Shown here one piece after another: positions 22,401-33,548 of a stretch of DNA of 48,272 nt (position 1 is its first letter; every line of letters starts with the position of its first letter). Below the pieces are notes generated by a model, which saw nothing but the letters and a program-made list of their open reading frames with translations, made no database searches and was not told the DNA's origin. The translations under genes were made by a program, and so were the position numbers. Location of the stretch: NCBI GenBank assembly GCA_000934665.2, contig JYFJ02002966.1, positions 1 through 48,272 of the forward strand, given 5' to 3'. This DNA is from Catajapyx aquilonaris. Taxonomy: Eukaryota.

Positions 22401-24846
22401 ACAGGAATCTTTTCAGGGCAAGCCTCAACTTCAATCCAACACGATGTGCTCGTAGAGATGTGGTGCATGTGACTTGTAAGGACCTCCAGTGTGGTGTATC
22501 ACCACGTGCTGTTGTGCAGAGGGCCAGGTGAGCTACAAAGATGTGTAGGCTATAATGCACATGAATTGGCCTCTGCTTGAAGTGGAAAGGGAGAGGAGGA
22601 CAAGCATTTGATCTGACAAGCAGTCAGAATAGTGGCATCATTGTGGAATAACAATTTATAAGCCTTCTCTAAAAAAGCTAATATTTTGGAAAAACATCCG
22701 TAGTTTCTGCTATATCTGACTTGCTTAGGACAGGAAGTTCACAAAATACAATAAATGTTACTGATGTAATTAGACCTGCTGCCCCTTTTTGCAAATATGA
22801 TATAATTTTTGGCCAATGTAAGGTAATGGTTTGAGATATGAGGAAAAAATTGTAGGTCTTCTCGCATGAGCAGGATAGTTGGAGGTGCCAACTCACAACC
22901 TGGATCATGGCCATGGCAAGCTGCACTCTACAAAGAAGGGGAATTCCAGTGTGGTGGTACCTTGGTCTCAGAAAGATGGCTTGTGTCTGCTGGTCACTGC
23001 TTTTACAAGTAAGTCTGTGGCGAGTCTTGTTTTCTTCCCAAGTGCAGGTTTAAAATTGAGCTTTCAAGCACTTATGATGTTAATTTTTTTCTTCATGGCG
23101 GTGATTCTAAAGTGGCTTTCTTGCAGCTCATTAGATGATCACTGGGTGGCTAGACTTGGATCACTGAGGCGTGGTACCCCTCAGTTATCCCCATTTGAAC
23201 AACTGCGAACTGTGTCACACATAATCCTTCATCCCGAGTATGTCAACACTGGGTTCATCAATGACATCTCTCTGCTACGTCTAAGTGAGCCTGTCTCCTT
23301 CACTGACTATGTACGTCCTGTATGCCTCCCACCACCTGAAGCTGATGTCAATGATGGGCGCTATTGCACTGTGATTGGATGGGGTCAGCTGTTTGAGACT
23401 GGGAGGGTTTTCCGTAAGTCTGAATTGCTTTTGTTAGTTTTGCTTACGGTACTTCATTCCACTTTAGTTATCATATCAATAAAAGAATGGTAGCCTACAA
23501 TCTAGTGCACAAATTCCTGAATTACGAGTACATTCATGAAATCACAGCATTATGCTTATAGAGGTTCTTATTTTGTATAGCACTTTATGATGTGCATTAT
23601 GCTGCAAGTCAAAAACTTCAATTTCTTCATAACAATGATAAAAGCTGAATGAGTACAACAATCAGGTTTACAAAATTTTACCATAAAGAGTATCAATTAT
23701 TTTGATTGATATAGCAACAAGAGTTAATTTCATCACCCTTTAACATTTGCAGCCGACACACTGCAAGAAGTCCAACTTCCAATCATATCCACAATGGAGT
23801 GTCGAAAGAGGACCCTCTTCTTGCCACTCTACAGGGTAACTGACAACATGTTCTGTGCTGGGTTTGACCGTGGAGGACGTGATGCTTGCTTGGGAGACTC
23901 AGGTGGACCTCTCATGTGTCAAGTAAGTTTCAAAATAATGTCAAAATTTACGACTTGTGACTAGAAATGCAGAAGGAGAGCACATAAAAACTGAGGTAAA
24001 ATATTTCCAAGTGTCAATAGTAACAACACCCAAGACCCAACCATTCTCTAGTGTCTGAATATTTGTCAATTTCACAGGAGTACTGAATGTACTGGCTCTC
24101 AGTGGGGATGCCACCCAATTTTTCAAGTCATTTGTTGTTCACTAAATCGGACATTGCTAATGTTTCCCATTGTACTGTATTGGCATTTCAAAGGGTGTCA
24201 CACTGTGAAAAGTGTTGAACAGTGAATGATTTCTTTCAGCGCAACGTTTTGCAAACAATATGATTCAAAAATTGAGTAACATCCATTATAAATATTTATA
24301 TAAGATATGGATAAAAATTATCCCACATTCCTGTGTAAGTTAGAAAAAATTTGCAATTGCTCAATATTTCGACTCCTATATCTCACAAGTTTGCCATTAT
24401 TTTGTAATTGTAGCTCTCACATAATTTTTTTCCGTTAGACTATAATGCACCTCTGGAGCTAAAGCCTTAGTCCGCAATGCAATAAAGGAGTCCATATAGT
24501 ACAGTCTCACTTTACCATATTAACATTTAAATTATGTTTTAAAACAATAAAGAATGACATCATGCTTCCTCTTATAATTTCACAGGAGTCGAATGGCCAT
24601 TGGGTATTATATGGTGTAACCAGCAATGGTTATGGCTGTGCAAGGGTGAATCGTCCTGGTGTGTATACAAAAGTATCCAACTATATGCCCTGGATAAAGA
24701 GGAGCATGGAGTCTACATTGGCACCTCGTAATCGTACAGCATGCACTGGGATCAGGTGTCATCTTGGAGAGTGCTTGCCTCAAGACCGCATTTGCAATGG
24801 ATTTGTAGACTGTCAGGATGGAAGAGATGAAGACAACTGCTGGTAG
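13407..24846 (+). CDS. Type II transmembrane modular serine protease (nudel/enteropeptidase-like): TM-SEA-stalk-LDLa x3-SRCR-trypsin-LDLa, ~1549 aa
   Basis: Exons: 13407-13481 (least certain), 17795-18056, 18128-18243, 18316-18440, 18510-20989, 21533-21745, 21829-22132, 22249-22359, 22417-22527, 22874-23008, 23127-23413, 23753-23922, 24586-24846. Phases are consistent (4650 nt). [39 protein letters not shown]; LDLa [37 protein letters not shown]-like [15 protein letters not shown]; activation site R|IVGG; triad AGHC / NDISLL / GDSGGP; S1 Asp in RDACLGDS; C-terminal LDLa [22 protein letters not shown] at 25209-25214. Confidence 0.92.
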
Positions 24847-25265
24847 TGTTCAGTGATAAGTTCAAAAGTGAGGTCCACCTTGTACATTTTGGGCAGTGAG
24901 GACTATGACAAGGTTGAGAACCTTCTGGCAGGGTGACTAGTTTGGAAGAAAAAGTCACCCTTTTAAATCTTTTTCTGACAAAGGTTACTGGGGTTTTGAG
25001 CAGGGGAGGGGATGTGGCTTTGGGTTTGTCCTTCCTATTTTTGTGGCGTTTGGATGCAGGACAGGGACCCTATGGTTATTTATTATTAACTGGATGCATG
25101 GAGAATGTTTGAATGTGTATGTGAGTGAAGTGTACTTGTTGACATCAGGGTCCTATCCTGCATTCTGCATTTCAATGCAATGAACGAAAAAAACTTGGTT
25201 GATTATTTAATAAAATGAGAAATGTTGTTACAGAAGTGACTATTTATTCATGTAAAAGTATATAA

Positions 25266-26152
25266 CTATATTTTATGCTGCTGGGTAGCTTTAAGTGGTG
25301 CCATGAGACCCAGAAGGACTGCATCCGCTTCCAGTAAAGTCATGTCTGTCGAGGAACCCAAGAAGCGTGCCGACATCTCCAGGTCTTTCAACATTAGTCT
25401 CACTCTGGCGCCTCGGATATATGCACTTGAAAAAAAGCAATGGGGACATATTAATGTACGGAAAATGAGAGAACGATCTGTCGCCATCAAGGTTTCCATG
25501 GAAATACCCTCACAGAACAGTATGAGTAAACAGTGTCGACAAAAAGCAACAATGGAAGAAACAATGATGTAAGATCGTTCTCTTGTTTTCCATACATTAG
25601 CAAGTGGGATGGACTTCGAAAAACTCTTGATGGGAACTAATGCTTACAAGTTAATGGATAATTAGTTCAGAGTTGTTAATATTGGCTTCACTACAACAGA
25701 ACTTTCATTTCTCACCTGCCATTCTTGGTAGGGCGTGTGCACACACAATGAAACTTTCCACCAAAATCTATATACAAGTCGTCCTTGACCACATGGAAAA
25801 TGACTCCTTCCACAATCCTCCCATTTGGATCTCCAATCTGTAAGGCCAAATCTTTTAAAACTATCCATCTGAAACGTACACGAGAAAGAGGTCGGACCTG
25901 CATCAACTTGGATTTCCGCAGCAGCTTTGCGAAAGTCTCACTGTCCTCATCGCTCGCAGGTGGAGGTTCGGGCGTCGTGAATTTCTCCAGAGCCCTAGCA
26001 AACCCTCCTACCCTTCCTTGAGCCTTCTCCTCCCCGGCACCCTCCTCCGAAGGCGGGGACGTACAGAGGCGCGCATTCCGGACCAGAACCGACTGCAAAC
26101 GACGCTCCAAAACACGCGACACCGGAAAAATCGACCTCGCCACAGCGGCCAT
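25266..26152 (-). CDS. MRPS28: Mitochondrial ribosomal protein S28 (bS1m), ~178 aa
   Basis: Exons 26152-25898, 25837-25716, 25425-25266. Arg-rich N-terminal presequence; family motifs [76 protein letters not shown] on minus strand at 25243-25248. Confidence 0.95.
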
Positions 26153-26508
26153 GTTGGTTCAGTTTCGGACGCAGCCCGAGGGTGAGTTTAGTAGCAGCCT
26201 TGGCAACGTTTTTGTGACGTCACACACATACACAATGAAGTAGCTGAGCGCAACCATTGTAAATATTTCCATTGGAATAGTCCTTTGGAATAGTCGAAAT
26301 TATTATGGAGTGAAAATTCGGCATAGAGCTCCCCCAGGCTGCCGCGAAGGTGGCGTAATTAATTTATTAGACCGCTAAATTTCGAATAGGCGCGTATGAA
26401 GCGGTATGAAGTGTCCCAGGAAGCTGGAAGACTCTCAAGTGCAGCAAAATTAATTCCGTAGCCTCCACCAAGGAGAAAAGCGAGGCTGGGGAAGGGAAAA
26501 GCAGGAGG
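26153..26508. promoter_or_regulatory. Bidirectional promoter region of MRPS28 / HDDC2
   Basis: Head-to-head genes ~356 bp apart. Perfect CRE palindrome TGACGTCA at 26215-26222, with an X-box-like GCAGCCTTGGCAAC just upstream. Confidence 0.6.
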
Positions 26509-28411
26509 ATGTCCAGGCCAGTGAAGCAGATGACTGGGTCGGACCTCAAGTCTCTTATGGCGTTCTTCAAGCTACTGGGTACACTCAAGGTGAGTTGCTG
26601 GTTGAGGGACACACCATATCTTGCACCATATATGGTCAGATACTGGTTGGAGGGAATATCTGGAGCATTTAACAGCTCACCCATCGCAATATCTTATGTC
26701 TGTTGCCAGCATGAGAAGAGGACGGGCTGGGTGCTGCGGAGCGTGCCTGAAGTGGAAAGTGTGGCATCGCACATGTACCGAATGTCCATCATGTCCATGG
26801 CCCTTAATTCCTGCGAAGGAGGCGCAGGGAGAGACAACATTCGGTAAACTCATTGGAGGGACAGAATAAGCTGCCTCTTGGGGTAGATAGCAATGTGTAT
26901 TTCAGGTGTTGAGAAAGCAATGCATCTCTGTTGCCGTTAGCACTTACTAAGCATGAAATTGCCAGTAAATGTTGAATGTCTTATGCTTTTATCTTGATAA
27001 CTATAGGGGAGGGTGAAGGAAGGAATATTTGCCATACAAAATCACTTTATTTGCCGTTACAAATATTGACAGAAATGTGAGAGAAGTGGAAATGGCTGCA
27101 GTGGAACCTTCACATTTATTTGATAAATATAGTCACCCTGTTGTAAGTGGGAAATTCCTGGTGATTGTGTAAGCCAGTTTGTATTACTCTCCATTGCTAA
27201 TTATTTTTGTTCATGGTGCTAAGGATAATCAGTTATTTCCTGTGATGAAATCTTAAACACATTAAACAAGGACCAAGTAGTAAGCACGGATCAGACTTCC
27301 TGTTGATAATGGCTGACCTCCTCCTCCCAATCTTTTGCACATCATACCTCATGCATTATGCACATTACATGCAACAAGGTAGATGAACAGTATGACTTTC
27401 TGCATAAAATTTCCATGCTTCCTAGTGGTAACCTAAGAAACTTAATTGCCATCATATGCCTCATTATGCTTTTCATGCAAAAGTGCTGCTGAGCATTTTG
27501 TTAATTGAATATGCCTGCCACTTCTGCAGTTACTAACTACCCTCTGACATTGTCTTAGATGCATGAAACTGGCCCTGGTCCATGACATGGCAGAGGCAAT
27601 TGTTGGAGACATAACACCACACTGTGGTGTTCCAGTAGAGGAGAAGCACCGCCGGGAGGATGAAGCCATGAAGAAAATGGCGGCCCTGGCTGGTGGTGAC
27701 TTTGGCTGTGAACTCTATCAACTATACAAGGTAAAATGATTTAATTGTGACAGGTTCAGTTACCAAAAAAAGTACCAAATGAGTTAGCTGAGATTTTTAA
27801 AATGTACAGTGGGTCCCCCCTAAAGAGCCAATGGCTGATAACGAGGTATGAATTATTATTAAATTATTATAATACATTTTCAAAATCACTTCACATATTT
27901 TTATTTATTTTACCCCATTGGGAGAATTGGCACTCCATTAGGGGGTGGAATACCACCATTGGATGGGGCCAAGGATAGGGAAGGAAGGAAGCGGCTGTGG
28001 CCTATGTTACGGAAGCGACCCAGGAATTGTCCTGGGGGGATTGTGGAAAACCAGTCAGGATTGCCGGCCCCGGGAATAAAATCACTTAACATATCAACTA
28101 TGTAAATTATAGCTATCCATATAAATCACTAGTTACCTGTCTTTCCTCTTACTCCAAAGGAGTACGAGGCTCAGACCACTATTGAAGCAAAAGTGGTGAA
28201 GGACCTGGACCGGTTTGACATGGTCCTGCAGGCGTTTGAATATGAGGAAGATGGTAGGTGTCCCAACTCCCTGCAGGAGTTCTTTGACAGCACACAAGGA
28301 AAATTTGAGGATTCACAGGTCAAAGGCTGGGTTCAAGAACTGAATCAGATGAGGGAACAGGCCAAGAGCAGAAGATCAGGTGGTGTGGGAGCATCTGGAA
28401 GTAACAGTTAA
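26509..28411 (+). CDS. HDDC2: HD domain-containing protein 2 (5'-deoxynucleotidase), ~212 aa
   Basis: Exons 26509-26589, 26710-26843, 27559-27730, 28160-28411. Motifs LKHEKRTGWV, ESVASHMYRM, KLALVHDMAEAIVGDITP, VKDLDRFDMVLQAFEYE, LQEFFDSTQGKF. Confidence 0.95.
27814..27872 (+). mobile_element. 5'-truncated 3' end of the SINE at 31684 (in HDDC2 intron 3)
   Basis: TCCCCCCTAAAGAGCCAATGGCTGATAACGAGGTATGAATTATTATT is nearly identical to the sequence starting at 31909 (TCCCCCCTAAAGAGCCGATGGCTGATAACGGGGTATGAATTATTATT). Confidence 0.8.
27897..28075 (-). mobile_element. SINE fragment sharing the central domain of the 31684 SINE, with a different 3' tail
   Basis: Reverse complement reads TCCCGGGGCCGGCAATCCTGACTGGTTTTCC...CCAGGACAATTCCTGGG...TAGGCCACAGCCGCTTCCTTCCTTCCCTATCCT, collinear with ~31747-31840. 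It ends GGGGTAAAATAAATAAAA. Confidence 0.8.
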
Positions 28412-28723
28412 CTATGGTTTCAATAATATATCTTGATCTAAAATTGCCAATTTTGTTGAGTTTCTTCCTTAAATACAAAAGCAATATTAGTGAGATGGAA
28501 ATGCACGCACACTCTGAAGTTACAATTTTATTGTAAAAAAAAACATACAATGATACAAAAACACATGACACAAAGTTTTTGCTCAGCTACATAAGTAGTA
28601 TAAAGGGGAAGTCACTGCATTTACTAGTCATAAAAGTACAGAACTCCATATGGAAATGTGCCTTTTTGATTGTATTCATCATTCCGTGCAGGCAACTGAT
28701 TTAATAAATGAGCATCAGACATC

Positions 28724-30951
28724 TTAATCTCTCTTGCCCTCTTTCTTGGCAGGCCCCAAAACCTTCTTACGTTGAGCAAACATGTGAAGATAAAGTTGTG
28801 GAAAGACTGCGAAAAAGAACAAATTAGGCAGGTGTCTGGGAGAATGCATATAAATCTTACCTGGAATGTATAGTAGCATGGTTATGATGATAAAATAGGG
28901 AAAATAGAAATTAATGTTGAACACATTTGGCATTTGGAAGGAAAACAGTCCAGTGTCAACATAAAATGGAATGGCCTTGTAGCAGCACAGGAGCTCTCCA
29001 GTTATACCTAGCGGGTACAGGACAATGAAGAGAGTGTACCTGTGAAATATTATTTGTCAGTGAGATAATGACTGTTACAAAAGTTCTTTTAAGGTTGTTA
29101 CGAAGCCATACCTGAACCACACTATTATAGAGGGGGTGGTGTTGATCAGGGATGAAGCGTAGAACAAGTAGCGGATGATTTCAGTAAATGTCCAGGCAAA
29201 TAATGCAGCTGGGAGTCCTGGGCTTTCCTGTGCAGCTTCAGACATTTGCAGTATTGGCCACACTATAAACACTCGTGAGTAGACTTGCGTAAGGGTCACC
29301 ATGACATTGGAAGACACAAATCCTAAAGCTGCATGGGCCACCTGCAGTAAATGACAAAAGGTATACCATGTGATTCATTTTTATTAAGCCAACCAATATC
29401 AACAGAAATGTTGCATTTCTAATTTTTGTGGAATTTGGTGTCAGATGTAACATTCATGAAATTGCCTCAAGTAGCATCGGCACACTGCTTTCTCTGCCAA
29501 ATATCTATCTTTCAATGATAAAGATACAGGTGGTGAGGGATGGCTTGAAACTGATTTATTACTGGAAAAGATCTCAGAAAGGCAGAGCAAACGAGTGCAT
29601 TTTCATGTCTAGAATTGGGAGATGTGTGGCTCATCTGAGACACTGAATATATACGGCATAGGTGTGTACAGCTGTGATTATTTTCAGAAAAATCCGAGAT
29701 GGTTTAGCAACATTTAGGCCTGCTTGATTGGGAAAAAACTGCTATATTTGAAGACTTTGGTTTTTTGACTGCTCCGAGGTCAAAAACAAATCAAAGACAA
29801 AATAAATGCCCATTGTGAGTTACTTGTGACCTAAGGAACCCGAATATGACGATGAATTCCCATGGACAAATATCGTGTTGCATAGTGTAATTAACTTCAT
29901 TTCACAATAGCTGTGTATGCACAAGAGTACTGGAATGGCATCTGAATTGTAAGATTCTTCTATTTAGTGTTGCATCAATTATTATAGTGGTTTTTCTACG
30001 CTAAAACTAGTCACTGTTTAATTGAACAATCTAAGTAACTGCATTACTAATGTAATTTTATAAATGGCCTTTTTTACCCCTATAAAAAGCTGCATATGCC
30101 TTTTTAAAGGCAGCTTACAGTATCACTACAGTAATTGCACTGTGACCTTGAATTTCTTTGCACAATCCCATTTGTTCATGAATAAAGGCAATCCATACAT
30201 GAGGCAGCAACAATTAACTATCTCTTATGTAACATGATATGCTGAAATAGCATGAGAATCCAACAAGAAATTATTGCAAACGTGCAAAAACTTGAACAAG
30301 TTGGCATTAGTACTTTAATTGGGTCATTATCATGCGCAATATTCCATTAGGTAGCATAAAAAATGGATATCCTATATCCTTGGGTAGAAATGTACCTTTT
30401 CACCCTGCACAGTTTCACCTTATCAACATGGGCAATCTTGATAGGTATGAACAATTGCAAATGTGGGATAGCTGCTCCCTGAGGCAAGTGCATCCCACGC
30501 TTGGTAAAGCACCTTTAGCAACAATTGTATTGCACACCCTGCGTACCTCTAGCAGAGCCGCTGTTTGGAAGAGGCTGAGTGAGATCATGATGGTGGGCCA
30601 CAATCCCTGGAAAGTTTGATGTGCAGCATAGTAGGTCACCACTTGGTAGAGGATATAGCTCCACCTGCAACAAACGGCTGCTGTTAAAGAGCCATGGAAG
30701 GATGGCCTGGGCACTTGGCAGCAATGTCAATGACCTTGACCCTGGGAGTGCCAAGTGGCCGACCGGCCGGTTCCCCCCTGCGCGACCGGATCCTTGGCGC
30801 ACCACTATACCGTAATGCGTGGTGTTTATGCCACCATACATACTGACCCCAGGAATTGCGCCAGGTTGTAGAGTACCAGGTATCCATTGATGACCGCAGC
30901 AAAGGGCTTCTTCTGGCTCCTCTTGCTGCTTCCCGCCTCGTTGCGCCCCAT
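28724..30951 (-). CDS. HACD: Very-long-chain (3R)-3-hydroxyacyl-CoA dehydratase (PTPLA family, HACD1/2-like), ~237 aa
   Basis: Exons 30951-30848, 30664-30547, 29341-29112, 29039-28861, 28806-28724. Motifs YLVLYNLAQFLGW, FQTAALLEVAH, QVYSRVFIVW, AWTFTEIIRYLFY, RYTLFIVLYPLGITGELL (catalytic Tyr/Glu), FPQLYLHMFAQRKKVL. Confidence 0.95.
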
Positions 30952-31683
30952 AGCCCCCGCAGGCTCTGTGTCGATCAGCTGATGGCACCGACTCTGCTCT
31001 TCACAGTGCTCTCTGGGAGGTGTTGCCTGGGAGTGCAGCCCCTGGGGCAGACTGGGCAATTTTCAAACTGGCGGATCTAAGGAAGGCCGAAATGACGCGT
31101 GTCTCGCCCGACCGACTGACCGCTCCGTCTTTATAGTGCGGACAGTGCTGCCCTCTCGCCGAAGGGGAACCAACTGCGCAATGCGCAAGAAACATTTGAG
31201 GGTGGGGGTGGGGGCTCAGGGAGAGGGGGAGAAGGAGGGCGCTTGTTTATATAGTTAGCGTGCAAGAGGGTTTTTATGCGAACATACGGCTTGGAAGGAA
31301 ATTCAGCCAATGGGCCCGTAGGGGATACCGTTACCTTGTGATTCACGCCAGTTGTGGCGCAGGTTATTCAAGTGTGGAGCCAGGCCAACTGAAACTTATG
31401 ATATAGTGCCACAGTGGATATGGGTCGAAGATCTTGAGAAACTACTGATTTCGTAAAATAGCGACTGCGTGTCAGACTGTTGCTAGTAGTGGAATGCGAG
31501 ATGTATTAGGATGGATTAATAATATAGTGGCACTTATCTCTTATCCTCACGTGAGGCAATATATGTGGTGATGTTTTTGTGGAATTTCAAAATTTCGCAT
31601 AACACATGTAATAAGCACAGTTGAGGCTCTATGTTGTTCAAAACTTGCATACCATAATAATTATAAACAAATTCCACACATAA

Positions 31684-31943
31684 CCGAAGCAGGTTGGCAG
31701 AGTGGAAAAGGCGTCGGACTGCTAATCGGGAGGTCCTGGGTTCGAATCCCGGGGCCGGCAACTCTGACCGTGGTTTTCTGTGGTTTCCCACGGTCCTTCC
31801 AGGAAAATGCCGGAGTTGCTTCCTTCCATCCCTATCCTATCCCAAAGACTCAAAGAGCATAGTAAAATGAAGGCAAAGAGTTCCAGGCAAAACAAACTTC
31901 CCCCCTAAAGAGCCGATGGCTGATAACGGGGTATGAATTATTA

Positions 31944-32012
<69 letters not shown>
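31684..32012 (+). mobile_element. tRNA-derived SINE with (TTA)n tail
   Basis: A box TGGCAGAGTGG (31695-31705), anticodon-like loop CT-GCT-AA, B box GGTTCGAATCC (31739-31749). A non-tRNA body (GGTTTTCTGTGGTTTCCC...CCAGGAAAATGCCGG...GCTTCCTTCC) and a microsatellite tail follow. Partial copies occur at 27814 and 27897-28075. Confidence 0.88.
31937..32012. repeat. (TTA)n microsatellite, ~25 units (SINE tail)
   Basis: Nearly uninterrupted ATT/TTA run. Confidence 0.95.
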
Positions 32013-32013
<1 letters not shown>

Positions 32014-32510
32014 TTAGCAGGCACAGGGAGAAACCTTTATTAAGAATGAATAAGGCATTGTACATAAAGTTTATCAAGTTGTCATCTGCCTTTTTGTTAA
32101 ACTCTTCCCTCCACCCTCAAATCACAATGTCAATATATTACTATTGTTTGAAATACGTAGCTTACATCAGTTATATAACATCTTACTACAGTTGTATCAA
32201 AAAATGAAATGCACGAGGAGGTACAGTACATTTGGAAATCCAAATAAGGTGACTTTTTTTGGCAGCTGATGGGAAGCCACATTCAAGAAGCAGATTGATC
32301 ACGAGGCTAGTCATTACTGTTGTTAAATTATATTGGATGTATCGAGTTTGCAAAGGTCCATTGTGCTCATAATAAGAATATTTTGTTTGAATAATCCCTG
32401 GCCGGGTCAGCAGACATAAGATCCATGATCCATCTCCTCCCTACAGTGCTGATATTCTGAAAATCTGGGTGAGATTTATCATGAAACCAGTATTGGTAAT
32501 GATATTAGAA

Positions 32511-32782
32511 GGGGAGGTGAAGTGGCACTGTGGTAGCGTATGTGCCCACGGATGTAAGGGTCCCAGGTTCGATCCCAGCCCGGGCATTGCCCCCTTCATC
32601 TTGTGCAGAGTTAGGTCATCTCTGGCTTCGTCTGGGGTGGGATTCCTTGAGACTAACCACCCGGGGGTGTTCACAAAACATTAGCAATGACAATGCACTG
32701 CATCTTGCACATCCCGTCCCACTCATCCCCCCTTCGCTCACGGTACGCCGGTACCCAGGGGTTACGGAAAAGGACCAACGTG
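32511..32782 (+). mobile_element. Second tRNA-derived SINE-like element (different body)
   Basis: A-box-like TGGCACTGTGG (32523-32533) and B box GGTTCGATCCC (32566-32576) at tRNA spacing, followed by a GC-richer body. The 3' boundary is uncertain and abuts the MITE. Confidence 0.6.
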
Positions 32783-32784
32783 TA

Positions 32785-33031
32785 CAAGCTTGCAGGTGTT
32801 GAAATATTCCAATGCAAAGGTGCAATTTGCACTCCAAAATTGTTATCTGCACTCCAAACTGAGCCTTGGAGTGCAAAGTTTACACTCCAATTGGCTCTGC
32901 TATTAAACATGGCCATACCCAGTACTTAAAAATTAAGCACTCCAAGTAAGCCATTTGCACTCCAGATTAAAGTCTGGAGTGCGAACTTTGCATCTGGACA
33001 AAAATTTTAAAACTCGACCCTTGCAAGCTTG
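32785..33031. mobile_element. MITE-like element with TA flanks, short TIRs and internal repeated GCACTCCA motifs
   Basis: TA-CAAGCTTGCA (32783-32794) ... TGCAAGCTTG-TA (33022-33033). About seven copies of (G)CACTCCA/TGGAGTGC in both orientations inside; no coding capacity. Confidence 0.75.
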
Positions 33032-33548
33032 TAATATCAAAATAAAGGTACCATGCCAGATGCCCAAGAAGGTCAGTGCACTAATACCCAATTATTGTTT
33101 ATTATTATTAATGGTATCAGGACAATCAGGTATATCTTTGCAGCAACTTTGCATGATGCAAAATTCTTGTGACAAAGCCACAGCCATGCAGTAAAAAGTG
33201 CATAGGGGCATGGAAATCAATCCACAATGAGTACTGACTTGGGAGACAGAATCCTCATCTACAATAATCTAAAATAGTTCTCCACATGTGGCAGGTGTCA
33301 TGGCATTGTATTTTGGACTGTGCTACAGCAGCGGTAACGATATGGAAATTTAACTACAGGCCCCTGAAACAGGAGCAGCTGAGAATGTGCAACATGATAT
33401 CAGACCCACCTCTTTCTGTATGGAAGATAAGCAAGTGGGACTAACCAAATGAAGACAGAAAAAAGTATTTTGTGCAAACACTGCACTAGTTATTTTTTTT
33501 TTTTTTGAAGAATTTACATTCCAGGTCATTTTTGTTCCTTTAAATCAC

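Noticed and set aside
29380..29960. Possible DNA-transposon remnants in HACD intron 2 (similar texture at 23950-24500 and 40860-41150)
   Set aside because: No TIR pair, TSD or second copy could be shown within the window.
31684..31762. tRNA-Ser(GCT) gene
   Set aside because: A and B boxes are present, but the acceptor and anticodon stems pair poorly and there is no long variable arm. The sequence runs into a SINE body and (TTA)n tail with other copies in the window.
31850..32207. Poly-Asn and poly-Leu ORFs
   Set aside because: These are translations of the (TTA)n microsatellite.
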